From NCBI GenBank assembly GCA_965200245.1, contig CBDATS010000015.1, forward strand, positions 224,001 to 288,000: a stretch of 64,000 bases of DNA. The letters are read 5' to 3'. The notes under the pieces are model-generated. The model saw nothing but the letters and a program-made list of their open reading frames with translations, was not told where the DNA came from and searched no databases. The position numbers and the translations under genes are program-made. Source of the DNA: a bacterium (GTDB lineage Bacteria > UBA8248). Positions within the stretch are counted from its first letter, which is position 1. Each line of letters opens with the position of its first letter. Below, one piece after another: positions 54,569 to 64,000 of the stretch.

Positions 54569-55123
54569 ATGGCGCCAGAAAAGATGTTCGATGAAGCATT
54601 CGATTCAGCTTTCAAAGACAGAAGAAACCTGATCGCTTTCCTGGAAGGCATCGACACCACCTATGTCCATTGGCGGCCTCCCGACGGTGAATGGTCCTTG
54701 CACGAGAATCTCGAACACATTCTCCTGACAGATGCTTATTACGAGCGTTTCATCGAGAAGCGTCTCGCCGAGGCGGTCGAGGCCGGCTCGTGGGATACAG
54801 CCCCTGAGAACCCTAAAAAAATAAGCCGTGAGGCACTTAGACGCAGGGAACAGGGCCAGGTTCCGGCACCTGATTTTCTGCTACCGAAGGGCGAAGGCGA
54901 TTTCCAGGAAATGATCACCAAACTCATGCCCAACAGGGAAGCAGTTCACCGTATCATGTTGCCATACCGGGGCATCGATATGAGCCGCTATACACACGAG
55001 CATTTTCGCTACGGGGACCTTAACATTTACGATCGCATCGCCTATTCCGGCACGCACGATTTTCTTCACCAGGATCAGATGACACGCGTCCTGAAGGCAC
55101 AGGGCGATACGGGAAGCGGATGA
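54569..55123 (+). CDS. DinB family protein
   Basis: WRPPDGEWSLHENLEHI ... H.RYGDLN ... HDFLH. Confidence 0.8.
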   Translation: MAPEKMFDEAFDSAFKDRRNLIAFLEGIDTTYVHWRPPDGEWSLHENLEHILLTDAYYERFIEKRLAEAVEAGSWDTAPENPKKISREALRRREQGQVPAPDFLLPKGEGDFQEMITKLMPNREAVHRIMLPYRGIDMSRYTHEHFRYGDLNIYDRIAYSGTHDFLHQDQMTRVLKAQGDTGSG

Positions 55124-55151
55124 CTTATTTCTCCTCCTGCAGAATCCGCCA

Positions 55152-56555
55152 ATGAGCGACTGGACGATAACGACGCTTCGCGACGCCTACCGCGCAGGGA
55201 AAATATCACCGGTTGAAATCGCCGACTCCGCTCTCGACCTCATCAAGCAATGGAATCTCCACCTGAAAGCCTACGTGCACCTCAGTGAAAAAGCGATGCG
55301 TCGTGCGGCGCGCGAGTCAGAACGAAGGTTCCGCTTTGGAAATGAACTTGGGCCTCTCGACGGCGTTCCCGTGGCCTATAAGGATCTTTGCTACATTCCG
55401 GGAACTCCTACAAGCTGCGGAAGTATGATGTTCGAGGACGATCCATCGCCGACCTCCGTTTCGAGCGTTTGGCGCCGTCTGGATGAGAGTGGCGCCGTCC
55501 ATATGGGGAAACTCAACATGGCGGAACTCGCCATGGGGCCGACGGGACGCAACATGCACTTCGGGGACCCGCAGAACCCCTGGAAGCAGGGCTACGTTAC
55601 CGGAGGTTCAAGCAGCGGGTCGGGATGTGCGGTCGCCGGGGGGCTGGCGTTGGCTGCCATCGGCACAGACACGGGAGGCTCCATCCGTGTTCCAGCGGCG
55701 TTTTGCGGCGTTGTGGGGCTAAAGCCCACGAACGGCCGTGTGAGCAGGAACGGAGGGATGACACTCTCCTGGACGCTGGACACCTTCGGACCGCTTACGC
55801 GGACTGTGGGAGACAACGCGCTGGTGCTATCCGCCATCGCCGGATCGGACTCCCAAGATACGAGCGCAAGCACTCGGCACGTGCCCGATTACACGAAAGA
55901 CCTGGGAGAAGAAATCGCCGGCATCCGTGTGGGCGTTCTGGAGGGTTCGGAACTCAGTGGCGTTTCAGAGGGCATGAAGGTGGCTTACCTAGACGTATCC
56001 AAGACGCTTGAGCGTCTGGGCGCACGTGTCGTTTCGCTATCACCTCCCCACGTAAAGGAACTCGAAGATATCGCCAATACGATCTTCAAATACGAGGCCC
56101 TGATGCTTCACGGCGAACGTCTTGAGAAATACGCAGACCAAGTGACGCCGGAAATATTGATGCGCTTCGAAGACGGTCGCGGGATTCGCGGGGCTGAATA
56201 TCACGCTGCACTCGCAAGGCGCGGGAAACTGATACAACATTACGAGAACGAGGTGTTCTCCGCCGTGGACGTGCTGGCCGGGCCGACAACGCCTATTCCC
56301 GCACCATCTCTCGTAGAGGCATGCTCGGAAGCTTCAGGGCTGATTTCTTCACTCACGCGCTTCACGCGTTGGGTCAACACCCTAGGTGCACCCGCAATAT
56401 CAGTTCCCCTGGGTTTTTCAGAAGCCGGACTGCCGCTCGCAGTGCAGTTCGTGGGTACTCATTTCAGCGAAGACCTGCTCTACAAGGTCGCTTACGCTGT
56501 GGAAAAAGAAAACGGGGGATGGCAGGTATCACCTACGTTCGAATCGTTTCGTTAG
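55152..56555 (+). CDS. Amidase signature family enzyme
   Basis: GPLDGVPVAYKD, GKLNM, GGSSSGSG, GTDTGGSIRVPA, GLKPT. Confidence 0.92.
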   Translation: MSDWTITTLRDAYRAGKISPVEIADSALDLIKQWNLHLKAYVHLSEKAMRRAARESERRFRFGNELGPLDGVPVAYKDLCYIPGTPTSCGSMMFEDDPSPTSVSSVWRRLDESGAVHMGKLNMAELAMGPTGRNMHFGDPQNPWKQGYVTGGSSSGSGCAVAGGLALAAIGTDTGGSIRVPAAFCGVVGLKPTNGRVSRNGGMTLSWTLDTFGPLTRTVGDNALVLSAIAGSDSQDTSASTRHVPDYTKDLGEEIAGIRVGVLEGSELSGVSEGMKVAYLDVSKTLERLGARVVSLSPPHVKELEDIANTIFKYEALMLHGERLEKYADQVTPEILMRFEDGRGIRGAEYHAALARRGKLIQHYENEVFSAVDVLAGPTTPIPAPSLVEACSEASGLISSLTRFTRWVNTLGAPAISVPLGFSEAGLPLAVQFVGTHFSEDLLYKVAYAVEKENGGWQVSPTFESFR

Positions 56556-56977
56556 GTCTCAGGCGGGGCGGGGCGAGTTGTAAGGCAGGTATTTCTGATG
56601 AGTCACCCATCGCGCAGAATCTCGCTCCGGTGAGGTGGCGCAAAGAACGGTCGGCATCCGCAGGTTTTCATGATAATCCTGAATGCACATCCTTGAGAAT
56701 TTGGACGTCCTGTAATGCATGGTGCATGACTCGGGTCTCGAAACTGGCCGGAATTCAGGCTGGCAATTTGAGCGGAACATTCCCGGTGGAATGATCTATT
56801 ATCGACAAATTCACGAAGGGAAATGACTTGGCCGCAACGTGGCGCAGGAGTAATACAATCGTCATCCGCTCCTTACGCGATAACGGGAAATGCGGACATT
56901 TACGGGACAAGAAGACGCTCCAGGAGGACGAGTCGTGTCAGCAGAAGATACAACCCCGAGTTCTAGGTAGGTTCGTC

Positions 56978-58825
56978 TTATTTTTCTTTCTCTTTCTCCC
57001 AGTCTTTCAATGATTTAGGAAGCTTGTCTTCATTCCATTTCTTGGTTATGCGATAGACCTTCCCACTCTCGCGCACGTATATGAATTCCGAGCCTTCCTT
57101 GTTTGCGAAACGAAATGGCCCCCACTTCCCGTGGCGAATGTCCCTGCCGGAGAGTTCGACGATAAATTCCTTGAAATCAGGTGCTTCGCCGGGTTTCGCC
57201 TCCCCTTCTCTCTCGAAATCGCGAAGCGCGCCGATAAGGTCTTCCACGTTACCGGGTTCAGCCTCCCTGCCTTCGGGAGCGACGAAACGCCACCCACCGC
57301 CGAAACGCTCCAGATTCACAGAAGAATTGTCGGGAAAACGGGCCGTAACCTCAGTAATTTCCTCGTCTTTCGCGTAAAGAAGCAAGCGCCGCTCGCTCAG
57401 GAAATAGGGTGTTTTCGTGATCTTGTCATAATCTTCTTTCTTGATGGCGAAAAGGCGTTTTTCACCCTCTATCTGCCCATAAGCCCTCTGCTTGTTCTTC
57501 AGGAATTTCCCGATGATGAAGGATTTTTTGTCGAGTGGTGTGTTTTCTTTCGTTTGCAGCCATAAGGTGTAGCGTAGCGGTACGCCCTTGCCATCTTCTC
57601 GTACGAGAGCAAATTTCGCCAAATCACCTCCCGGGGCATCCACATATTCAATCGAATTGATCCACTTGATATCCCACATAAGGTCATCCACATGTTTATG
57701 CCGACCAAGGAGTTTTTCCTGCTTTCCATCGGGCGTCGTGACCTTGATGTCCCATTTCTTTTCCGCTTTTCGGACAATGTCGAGTTTCCGGGATTTCGAC
57801 TCAATGAGGATGCGTTTCATATGGTCGACATCATAGTCTATGACAGTCTTGTGTCGTACGGAGAATGCAGATTTTGGCAAATCCTTGAATGTCTTCTCAT
57901 TAATAAGCATGACAGGACCGCCCGAGAGTCTCCTGGCGTAGTAGTAAACTTTCGGCTTTTTCGTAGCGCTTTTCGGGTCGGGAGATTCTACTTTTCTGTT
58001 GCCCAAGATGACGCCATCCTCGGGTTTCTGGTTGTCTTCCGTGAATATGCGTACTGTGAGTTTGGGTTTATCCAATCCATAAGGAGATAGATTCCCGGGT
58101 TTTTCTTCAACGAATTTCTGTGCTTTATCCCATTTGAGGGTGGATACGATTCCTTCGGAATCAATGGCGTCGGCCCTGCCCTGCAGGGGTTTCGTCAGTG
58201 CCCAGTTATTCTTGCCCTTCCGAACGATGGTGAAGTCGTTGCCCCCCTTGAGTTCCATGACCACCTTTTTCGCACTCTCAGGCATAACAGGAACAATTGA
58301 CCTGTCCCGAATGCTAAATATCGATTTATCAAATTTGGCGATGTCGGAAAGCTGAAGAGTGAATATTCCAGGACTTTTCGTCAACGCAGCATATCGAAAT
58401 TCGCGTGTGGGAGTCCTATTGCCAATTTCAACGGAAACGTCACTCTTATCTTTCAGGCCGAACACAATTTTCATCCTGGGCTTGTCCATGCCGAATTCTG
58501 CCCTATCTTTTACGTTTCCGATACGTACTCGTTCCCGGAGCTTGGTCGCCGCATCCATGAGTTTTTCGGCCTCATCCACATCGACAGCAGCATCAATGGG
58601 TTTGACGAAACGCCACCCCTTCTCCGTTCGGATAATCTGGTAGGAATCTTCTTCTCTTGAGACATCAATTCTTATCAGGGACTTTTGGTCAATTCCTTTC
58701 AGGAGTTTGACCTTGCGTTCCTCCAAGGCCTTCTTCTCGGCGGCCCATTTCACGTCATAGACGTAATACGCCCCACCGATAACCAGCAAGACAAGCAATA
58801 ATATGAGATTTTTCCGGGGGGTCAC
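56978..58825 (-). CDS. DUF4340 repeat periplasmic protein
   Basis: N-terminal TM; repeated W.F..P/YGLDKP/IG..TP/RDR-type motifs; downstream of GldG. Confidence 0.75.
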   Translation of the reverse strand: MTPRKNLILLLVLLVIGGAYYVYDVKWAAEKKALEERKVKLLKGIDQKSLIRIDVSREEDSYQIIRTEKGWRFVKPIDAAVDVDEAEKLMDAATKLRERVRIGNVKDRAEFGMDKPRMKIVFGLKDKSDVSVEIGNRTPTREFRYAALTKSPGIFTLQLSDIAKFDKSIFSIRDRSIVPVMPESAKKVVMELKGGNDFTIVRKGKNNWALTKPLQGRADAIDSEGIVSTLKWDKAQKFVEEKPGNLSPYGLDKPKLTVRIFTEDNQKPEDGVILGNRKVESPDPKSATKKPKVYYYARRLSGGPVMLINEKTFKDLPKSAFSVRHKTVIDYDVDHMKRILIESKSRKLDIVRKAEKKWDIKVTTPDGKQEKLLGRHKHVDDLMWDIKWINSIEYVDAPGGDLAKFALVREDGKGVPLRYTLWLQTKENTPLDKKSFIIGKFLKNKQRAYGQIEGEKRLFAIKKEDYDKITKTPYFLSERRLLLYAKDEEITEVTARFPDNSSVNLERFGGGWRFVAPEGREAEPGNVEDLIGALRDFEREGEAKPGEAPDFKEFIVELSGRDIRHGKWGPFRFANKEGSEFIYVRESGKVYRITKKWNEDKLPKSLKDWEKEKEK

Positions 58826-60540
58826 CGCAGTTGCCTTCTCCGAACGTAGACGGCAGCACCGACAAGAATGATGAACAAGGGCATGATCCAGACCGTGAAC
58901 AGGTGAACGAACCGGCCCTCCCCACCAGCCAGCACAAGTGGCTCACCTGTACGGTTTTTGGGACGAATGGTAATCAGGTCTTTCTCCCCACCGAGCCAGT
59001 TGATGGTATTGTAAACGAGATTCGCATTTCCCTGTGCACCAATAAAAGCATCACTCGCGAAATCTGCATCGCCGAACACGACAATCCGTGCATCGTTTTT
59101 GCCGTTTGCATTCTTCTTGGACTCTGAGATTTTCGAGTCATCCTGAGTGCCTTGTCCCTGGGCGAGCTTGTAAAGATCGAGCGTAACGGTGACAGCGGCA
59201 CCTACTGGAACGGGCCCATCTTTCTTGGTTTTCTCATCGAAGTTGAGCTGTCCATTCTGAATGGACACACTCTCTACGGTAAAACTTCCATCGCCTGTTT
59301 TCACCAAGTCCTCGGAATGCAATCCAGCTTTCGGCATTCCTGTTGCCGATACATGCCGGACAGTTGGGAAGACAGTCGCCAAACCTTTCAACTCTTTTGT
59401 GATTTCGTGTATCCCATAGTTTGCGGCGAATGGAGTGATTATATTTCCACCCGCCAATTCGAAGCGCACCGACTCAGGATCGATTACGAATGACGTGGGA
59501 AGTTTGAAGCCGTAGTTTTCCAAAAGACTGGTCAGGCGCCCGGGTTTCATGTGCGGTTCCAGAAATACTAGAAGTCTTCCGCCGGATTTGATGTAGTCGT
59601 CAATATACTTGACTTCTACTTCTTCCAACTGTTTTTCGGGTGCTGCAATTATCAGCAAACTGGTATTTTCAGGCACACCCTTTTTCCTGAGGAGCAGGAG
59701 TTCATCTACCTGGTAATTGTCATCTCTCATTCCGATAGCCAATGCTCTCATCGCCTCTCGTCCCTGCCCTGTAAAGAGTCGCTCTCCATGGCCCGTAAGG
59801 TAATACACGCGCTTTTGCTCGGACTGAATCGTTTTCAGTATAGCGTTGGCGATCGCATTTTCCGAAAGGTTGAATATCTTTTCTGATCGGAAGGCCGGTT
59901 TCTTCTCCTGACTGGCAGCTTGAGATTTGTCCTGTTTCTCGATCTCTTCTTTGCTGAAATGGTGAACTACAACCAATATGCCATAGGCGTCTACGTCATA
60001 CTTCTTCGCGGTGCCTGGTGAGGCGTCCAAATTCAAAAACCGGAACGTGACCTGTTTCGAAGCCCGGGTGTATTGTTCCAAGATTTCCGTTATTGCCGGT
60101 TGCTCCAGCTTGCGGGTGAAAGCAATGATTTCTATCCGCCTTTTTTCTCTTTCGAGTCTGTTCAACAGATTTATGGTTTTTGGGGACAAGCTGTAGAAAT
60201 TTCCTGGAGTAACGTCCCAACGCTTGTAGTGTTTGACGCTCACGAGCTCAACGACTACCAGAATAGCTGTCACGATGAGGACCATGATAGCGACCTGGAT
60301 GCCCGTTCGCGTGGAGCGGAGCCGCATGCCGCCTTGAAGTTCACGGCGTGAAATCCAGACTGTATAGACAAAACAAACGATTCCCAGAGCGATGGTCGCG
60401 TAAGCCCATCTGGGCGGTTCGGAAAACTGGTCATGTCCTGCCCAGCCGGTAATGCCGACCAGCAACAAGGCGGCGGAGGTGATGAACAAATAAAGGTTTC
60501 TGTTTTCCAAGTCCCTATCCTCGCCACCTGTAATATTCAA
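58822..60540 (-). CDS. GldG-like ABC transporter auxiliary component
   Basis: WDVT..FYSLSPKT, YYLTGHGE, IVVFGDADF, INWL..LITIRP, C-terminal TM. Confidence 0.85.
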   Translation of the reverse strand: MNITGGEDRDLENRNLYLFITSAALLLVGITGWAGHDQFSEPPRWAYATIALGIVCFVYTVWISRRELQGGMRLRSTRTGIQVAIMVLIVTAILVVVELVSVKHYKRWDVTPGNFYSLSPKTINLLNRLEREKRRIEIIAFTRKLEQPAITEILEQYTRASKQVTFRFLNLDASPGTAKKYDVDAYGILVVVHHFSKEEIEKQDKSQAASQEKKPAFRSEKIFNLSENAIANAILKTIQSEQKRVYYLTGHGERLFTGQGREAMRALAIGMRDDNYQVDELLLLRKKGVPENTSLLIIAAPEKQLEEVEVKYIDDYIKSGGRLLVFLEPHMKPGRLTSLLENYGFKLPTSFVIDPESVRFELAGGNIITPFAANYGIHEITKELKGLATVFPTVRHVSATGMPKAGLHSEDLVKTGDGSFTVESVSIQNGQLNFDEKTKKDGPVPVGAAVTVTLDLYKLAQGQGTQDDSKISESKKNANGKNDARIVVFGDADFASDAFIGAQGNANLVYNTINWLGGEKDLITIRPKNRTGEPLVLAGGEGRFVHLFTVWIMPLFIILVGAAVYVRRRQLR

Positions 60541-61291
60541 GAGATCTGAGCACCAGAAAACCGCACAAAATATTTATGTTGACCAGGTAAATAATGTCGC
60601 GTGTATCAATGATGCCTCGTATAAAATTCCGCAAATGCATCCCCAAGGAAAGGTGCCGGAGAACCGAGGCCAATGGCTCACTAGCCGATGACGCAAGAAG
60701 ATCCATGAGGAAGGTCGCAAGAAGTACCATGAAGGCGATCATGGCAGCGACGATTTGATTCGAAGTCCACGAACTGGCCAAAAGACCGACGGAAAGAAAT
60801 GCCATGCCAGTCAATAACATTCCCAGATAGGCGGATGATACGATAGTCCACTCAACCTTGACGAAAGCGCTCAGAATAACTGGATAAATGAGAGTAATCG
60901 CCAACATAATGAGATAAATGGACAAAATCGAGAGGTATTTCCCGGCGAACATTTGTCCGTTGCGTAGCGGGAAGGTAAGCATCAATTCCATCGTGCCCTG
61001 CTTTTTTTCTTCGCTGAAAAGACGCATCGCAAGCAATGGCGCGACAAACAAGAGGATGACAGTTACGCTGGAAAAGACTGGCTCCAGGACAGCGGAAGTG
61101 GGGGTGATGTTAAATTGCGCAGCAGCTTGGGGGTTTCTGGCCAATTGCATGGAAACGACGGCGTAGTTAAGAAAAGCACCGGAATAGAATATGCCCATCA
61201 ACACTGTCCATGCCGCGAGAATCACGTAAGCGATTGGCGAGAAAAAGAAAGATGCGAGTTCACGCCGGCATATCCAAAAAGTGTTATGCAT
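60515..61291 (-). CDS. ABC-2 permease (GldF-like)
   Basis: RELASFFFSPIAY, MRLFSEEKKQGTMELMLT.P, six TM, RGIIDTRDIIY. Confidence 0.88.
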   Translation of the reverse strand: MHNTFWICRRELASFFFSPIAYVILAAWTVLMGIFYSGAFLNYAVVSMQLARNPQAAAQFNITPTSAVLEPVFSSVTVILLFVAPLLAMRLFSEEKKQGTMELMLTFPLRNGQMFAGKYLSILSIYLIMLAITLIYPVILSAFVKVEWTIVSSAYLGMLLTGMAFLSVGLLASSWTSNQIVAAMIAFMVLLATFLMDLLASSASEPLASVLRHLSLGMHLRNFIRGIIDTRDIIYLVNINILCGFLVLRSLEYYRWRG

Positions 61292-62249
61292 TTACAATTT
61301 CCTCATTATGCTTTTGCTCCCCGCTGACGATACGTACGAACAGATCTTCCAGCGTCAATCTCACCTGGCGAATTTCAGTTAGTTTGCCCTCCGCCGCGGA
61401 TACGGCGGCCACCAAGTCGGAGCGAATGTCGTCGCCGCTTTTTGCAGACACTTCAAAATGTGCCTCCTGACTCTGCGAAGTGCCGAGCAACGTTACATTT
61501 TCAACTCCCCGTACCTTTTTCATTTTTTCGGATAGAGAATTTGTGGCTCCAATTGCGGAGACACGTATAGTCGTATCCGCTTGCAGATTCGACGCCAAGG
61601 CATCGAGAGCGCCTTCAGCTGCTACCCTTCCCTGGTGGATGATCACCACGCGGTCACAAACCATATTCACTTCCGGCAGGATGTGCGTGCTCAATATCAA
61701 GGTCCGGGTACCCTTCAATTCCGAAATCAGATTTCTGATTTCAACGATCTGCGCTGGATCGAGGCCTGAAGTTGGCTCGTCGAGAATTAACACGGGAGGG
61801 TCGTTCACCATCGCTTGTGCCAAACCGACGCGTTGGCGATATCCTTTTGAGAGATTGCCAATCAGACGATGGGCGACATCCTCGAGCCCACAATTGCTGA
61901 TTACCCTCTGGATACCGGCTGTTTTTTCCGCGCCACTCATGCCTTTCATCGTCGCTACGAAATTCAAGTAGGCCTTGACGGTCATTTCTCTATAAAGAGG
62001 GTTGTTTTCCGGGAGGTAACCCAGATTTTCCTGCGCCTCCAGCGGCGATTCTGAAACATTGATTCCGGCTACCCACACCGTGCCTGAATTTGGCGGCATG
62101 TACCCTGTCAAAATACGCATAGTCGTGGATTTTCCCGCACCGTTGGGACCAAGGAATCCCAGTACCTCTCCCTCCTCTACCTGAAAGGAAATATCCGTCA
62201 CTCCACGAAGGTTGCCATAATATTTTGTGAGGTTTTCAACCCGTATCAA
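61284..62249 (-). CDS. ABC transporter ATPase (GldA-like)
   Basis: GPNGAGKST, LSKGYRQRVGLAQA, ILDEPTSGLDP, LSTHIL. Confidence 0.92.
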   Translation of the reverse strand: MIRVENLTKYYGNLRGVTDISFQVEEGEVLGFLGPNGAGKSTTMRILTGYMPPNSGTVWVAGINVSESPLEAQENLGYLPENNPLYREMTVKAYLNFVATMKGMSGAEKTAGIQRVISNCGLEDVAHRLIGNLSKGYRQRVGLAQAMVNDPPVLILDEPTSGLDPAQIVEIRNLISELKGTRTLILSTHILPEVNMVCDRVVIIHQGRVAAEGALDALASNLQADTTIRVSAIGATNSLSEKMKKVRGVENVTLLGTSQSQEAHFEVSAKSGDDIRSDLVAAVSAAEGKLTEIRQVRLTLEDLFVRIVSGEQKHNEEIVNA

Positions 62250-62439
62250 TGAAGAACTCCCAAAAGGAACTATACAAAATTATTCGCTGGCATCAATGCC
62301 GATCTGAACTTCCCAGATATCAAGTTGAGCGATTCAGTTGTATGGTTAAGACATCTCGAAAACTTCTGAGATAAACGGAAACCCAATTAAAGCATTTATC
62401 ATCAATGCTTTGACACACATCACTACTGAATGCGGAAGT

Positions 62440-62468
62440 AGAGTAAATTCTAGGCGCTATTTTGTCAA
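62440..62468 (-). promoter_or_regulatory. Possible sigma70 promoter for the ABC operon
   Basis: Minus strand TTGACA-N17-TACTCT. Confidence 0.3.
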
Positions 62469-62522
62469 CCATATCAGAAAGTCTCTTTTGGACTCCAAGA
62501 ATTTACGGACACGTCATATCAA

Positions 62523-63527
62523 TCAATTCTTCATTTTCAAATCGCCTCTAATGGCCGCTTTCTTCAAGATGGCGGGAACATTCAGGATATTCGGCCCATC
62601 GAGACGCAATGATATTTCTATGTCCTCACCTTTGCCCAATCGACGCTCACGCTCCCCATCGAAAGCCAGCATGCGTATATCGGGTGCTCGATATTCTACG
62701 GTTTCTCCTAATTTGACGACTTCGTGTTCCATTACGAGCGCAGCGGCTACCTGTCCTGGCCCGATAGGAGAAAGAATGCGGTGCTTGGCTTTACCTTTCA
62801 CCCCAAATTTTAACCACAGCCCTAGTGGTTCACTTGCATCGACCGGACACAAGCTCGCGCCCAATGAAGAAAGCCCCAAACGCCCGGGTTCGCTCCTCGT
62901 GAGTGCCAGTGAGTCCACACGCCCAACATCCCAAATTGCGCGCGCGCCGTAAAACGATTCTTTGAGAATCGCGATATCAACCAGTGCGTTTTCAGAGTCT
63001 CCGTTCAGATTCACATGGAGTTGTTTCGTAACTTGCTTCTCACTTCTATAGGCTCTCGGATGAAGGGCATATAGAGCAGCAGCCATACCGGCCACCGTGC
63101 CTTCCCACGTGAAAGGAAACGCATTGTTCGTCCCGGTAGAGAGAGGGATTAAGGGTATTTTTCCGCACCCTTTGGCGACAGCGCGGCAGGTACCATCGCC
63201 ACCGAGAAGAACAATGCATTGAACTCCCAGTTCGACGAGTTTCCGAGCCGCTTTCGTGGAATCAGCCGTCTCTCCCGTTGCGTCCACGTCAAACAGCTTC
63301 ACTTTCGAGGATTTGTTGTCCTGGCGAAAGCCATCCAGTGCAACAGCTCCCAACGAACCGAGATCGTTGAACAGCAGTATGTTATCGAGACCCGCAGCAA
63401 CAAGACCCGCCATCACGCGACGAAGTATGAGCACTTTTTCGTTGTTGCTGAACGAACTCGCCAGCGCCACCAGCCTTCGGATGTCTTTCCCCGATTGCGG
63501 ATTGGCTATTATTCCGACACTCGTCAC
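62523..63527 (-). CDS. AcoX-like ATP-NAD kinase family protein
   Basis: GIIANPQSGKDIRRLVA, LGGDGT, STGTNN.FP, AFDGERE; probable GTG start at 63527 after GGAG. Confidence 0.8.
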   Translation of the reverse strand: MTSVGIIANPQSGKDIRRLVALASSFSNNEKVLILRRVMAGLVAAGLDNILLFNDLGSLGAVALDGFRQDNKSSKVKLFDVDATGETADSTKAARKLVELGVQCIVLLGGDGTCRAVAKGCGKIPLIPLSTGTNNAFPFTWEGTVAGMAAALYALHPRAYRSEKQVTKQLHVNLNGDSENALVDIAILKESFYGARAIWDVGRVDSLALTRSEPGRLGLSSLGASLCPVDASEPLGLWLKFGVKGKAKHRILSPIGPGQVAAALVMEHEVVKLGETVEYRAPDIRMLAFDGERERRLGKGEDIEISLRLDGPNILNVPAILKKAAIRGDLKMKN

Positions 63528-63651
63528 CTCTTCTCCTTCGTTCTTACACAAGGAAAAATCACTCTTTTAATGTAAAATCAAGACTACATTGAATTGACAA
63601 AAAGGGCGAAGCGCCATTCATGTTCTATTTTCCCACTGGACAAGACGAATC

Positions 63652-64000
63652 GTGACACGAAAGCCAAAACACCATAGATCCCTGAAAAGAGATGCGCGCG
63701 CTATCTTCCGGGCCGGGCTGGACGCAGTTCATGCGGGTGAAGCGGTTTACCGCTACACAAAAATCGAAAAGATGCGAGAACAGGAATTTTTTGTTTTCAA
63801 TAAGCAAAGAATATCTCTCGATAAAACAGGGCGAATTCTCGTTTTGGGAGCGGGAAAAGCAAGTTTTCAGATGGCGCGCGCGGTGGAGCGACGAATTGGA
63901 AACCGGATTGATGGTGGAGTCATTGTTACCCCATATGGTCATGCAGGAAGATGCAGACACATCGAAGTTCTGGAAGCATCCCATCCCGTTCCTGACATTT
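63652..64000 (+). CDS. Class II glycerate kinase (MOFRL), 5' part, truncated by window end
   Basis: Manual translation: DARAIFRAGLDAV..ILVLGAGKASFQMARAVE..GVIVTPYGH..EASHPVPD. Confidence 0.85.
   Translation, partial: MTRKPKHHRSLKRDARAIFRAGLDAVHAGEAVYRYTKIEKMREQEFFVFNKQRISLDKTGRILVLGAGKASFQMARAVERRIGNRIDGGVIVTPYGHAGRCRHIEVLEASHPVPDI

Noticed and set aside
56596-56646. Hammerhead-like CTGATGAG..stem..CGCAAA
   Set aside because: The invariant GAAA is replaced by GCAAA and I could not form stems I and III

Overview
Bacterial chromosomal window from a Gram-negative, LPS-producing organism; gene order suggests a Deltaproteobacteria/Nitrospinota-like lineage (inference only). Bases 1-35.5 kb are almost all + strand housekeeping genes: ntrY, an NtrX-like regulator fused to LpxC, purMN, lolA, rseP, ispG, proS, tRNA-Met, tilS, ftsH, pdxJ, nnr, tsaE, lptCAB, rpoN, hprK/IIA/HPr, metK, ahcY, amiC, der, a divergent EF-G, SPOR, MerR, TPR and rtcB. 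Bases 35.8-56.6 kb are a mixed-strand mosaic of bioB, catabolic oxidoreductases and hydrolases, two O-acetylhomoserine sulfhydrylases, apt/nlpD/pcm, a decayed surE and three tRNAs. Bases 57-64 kb hold a GldA/F/G-DUF4340 ABC operon, an AcoX-like gene and a partial glycerate kinase. Main observations: (1) a receiver-AAA+-HTH-LpxC single polypeptide downstream of its probable cognate kinase, suggesting phosphorylation control of lipid A synthesis; (2) a perfect 137-bp inverted copy of an internal ahcY segment between rtcB and bioB; (3) a 10-bp tandem duplication that removes the apparent ftsH stop codon; (4) a frameshifted surE hidden inside one open ORF. I saw no integrase, transposase, reverse transcriptase or CRISPR array.
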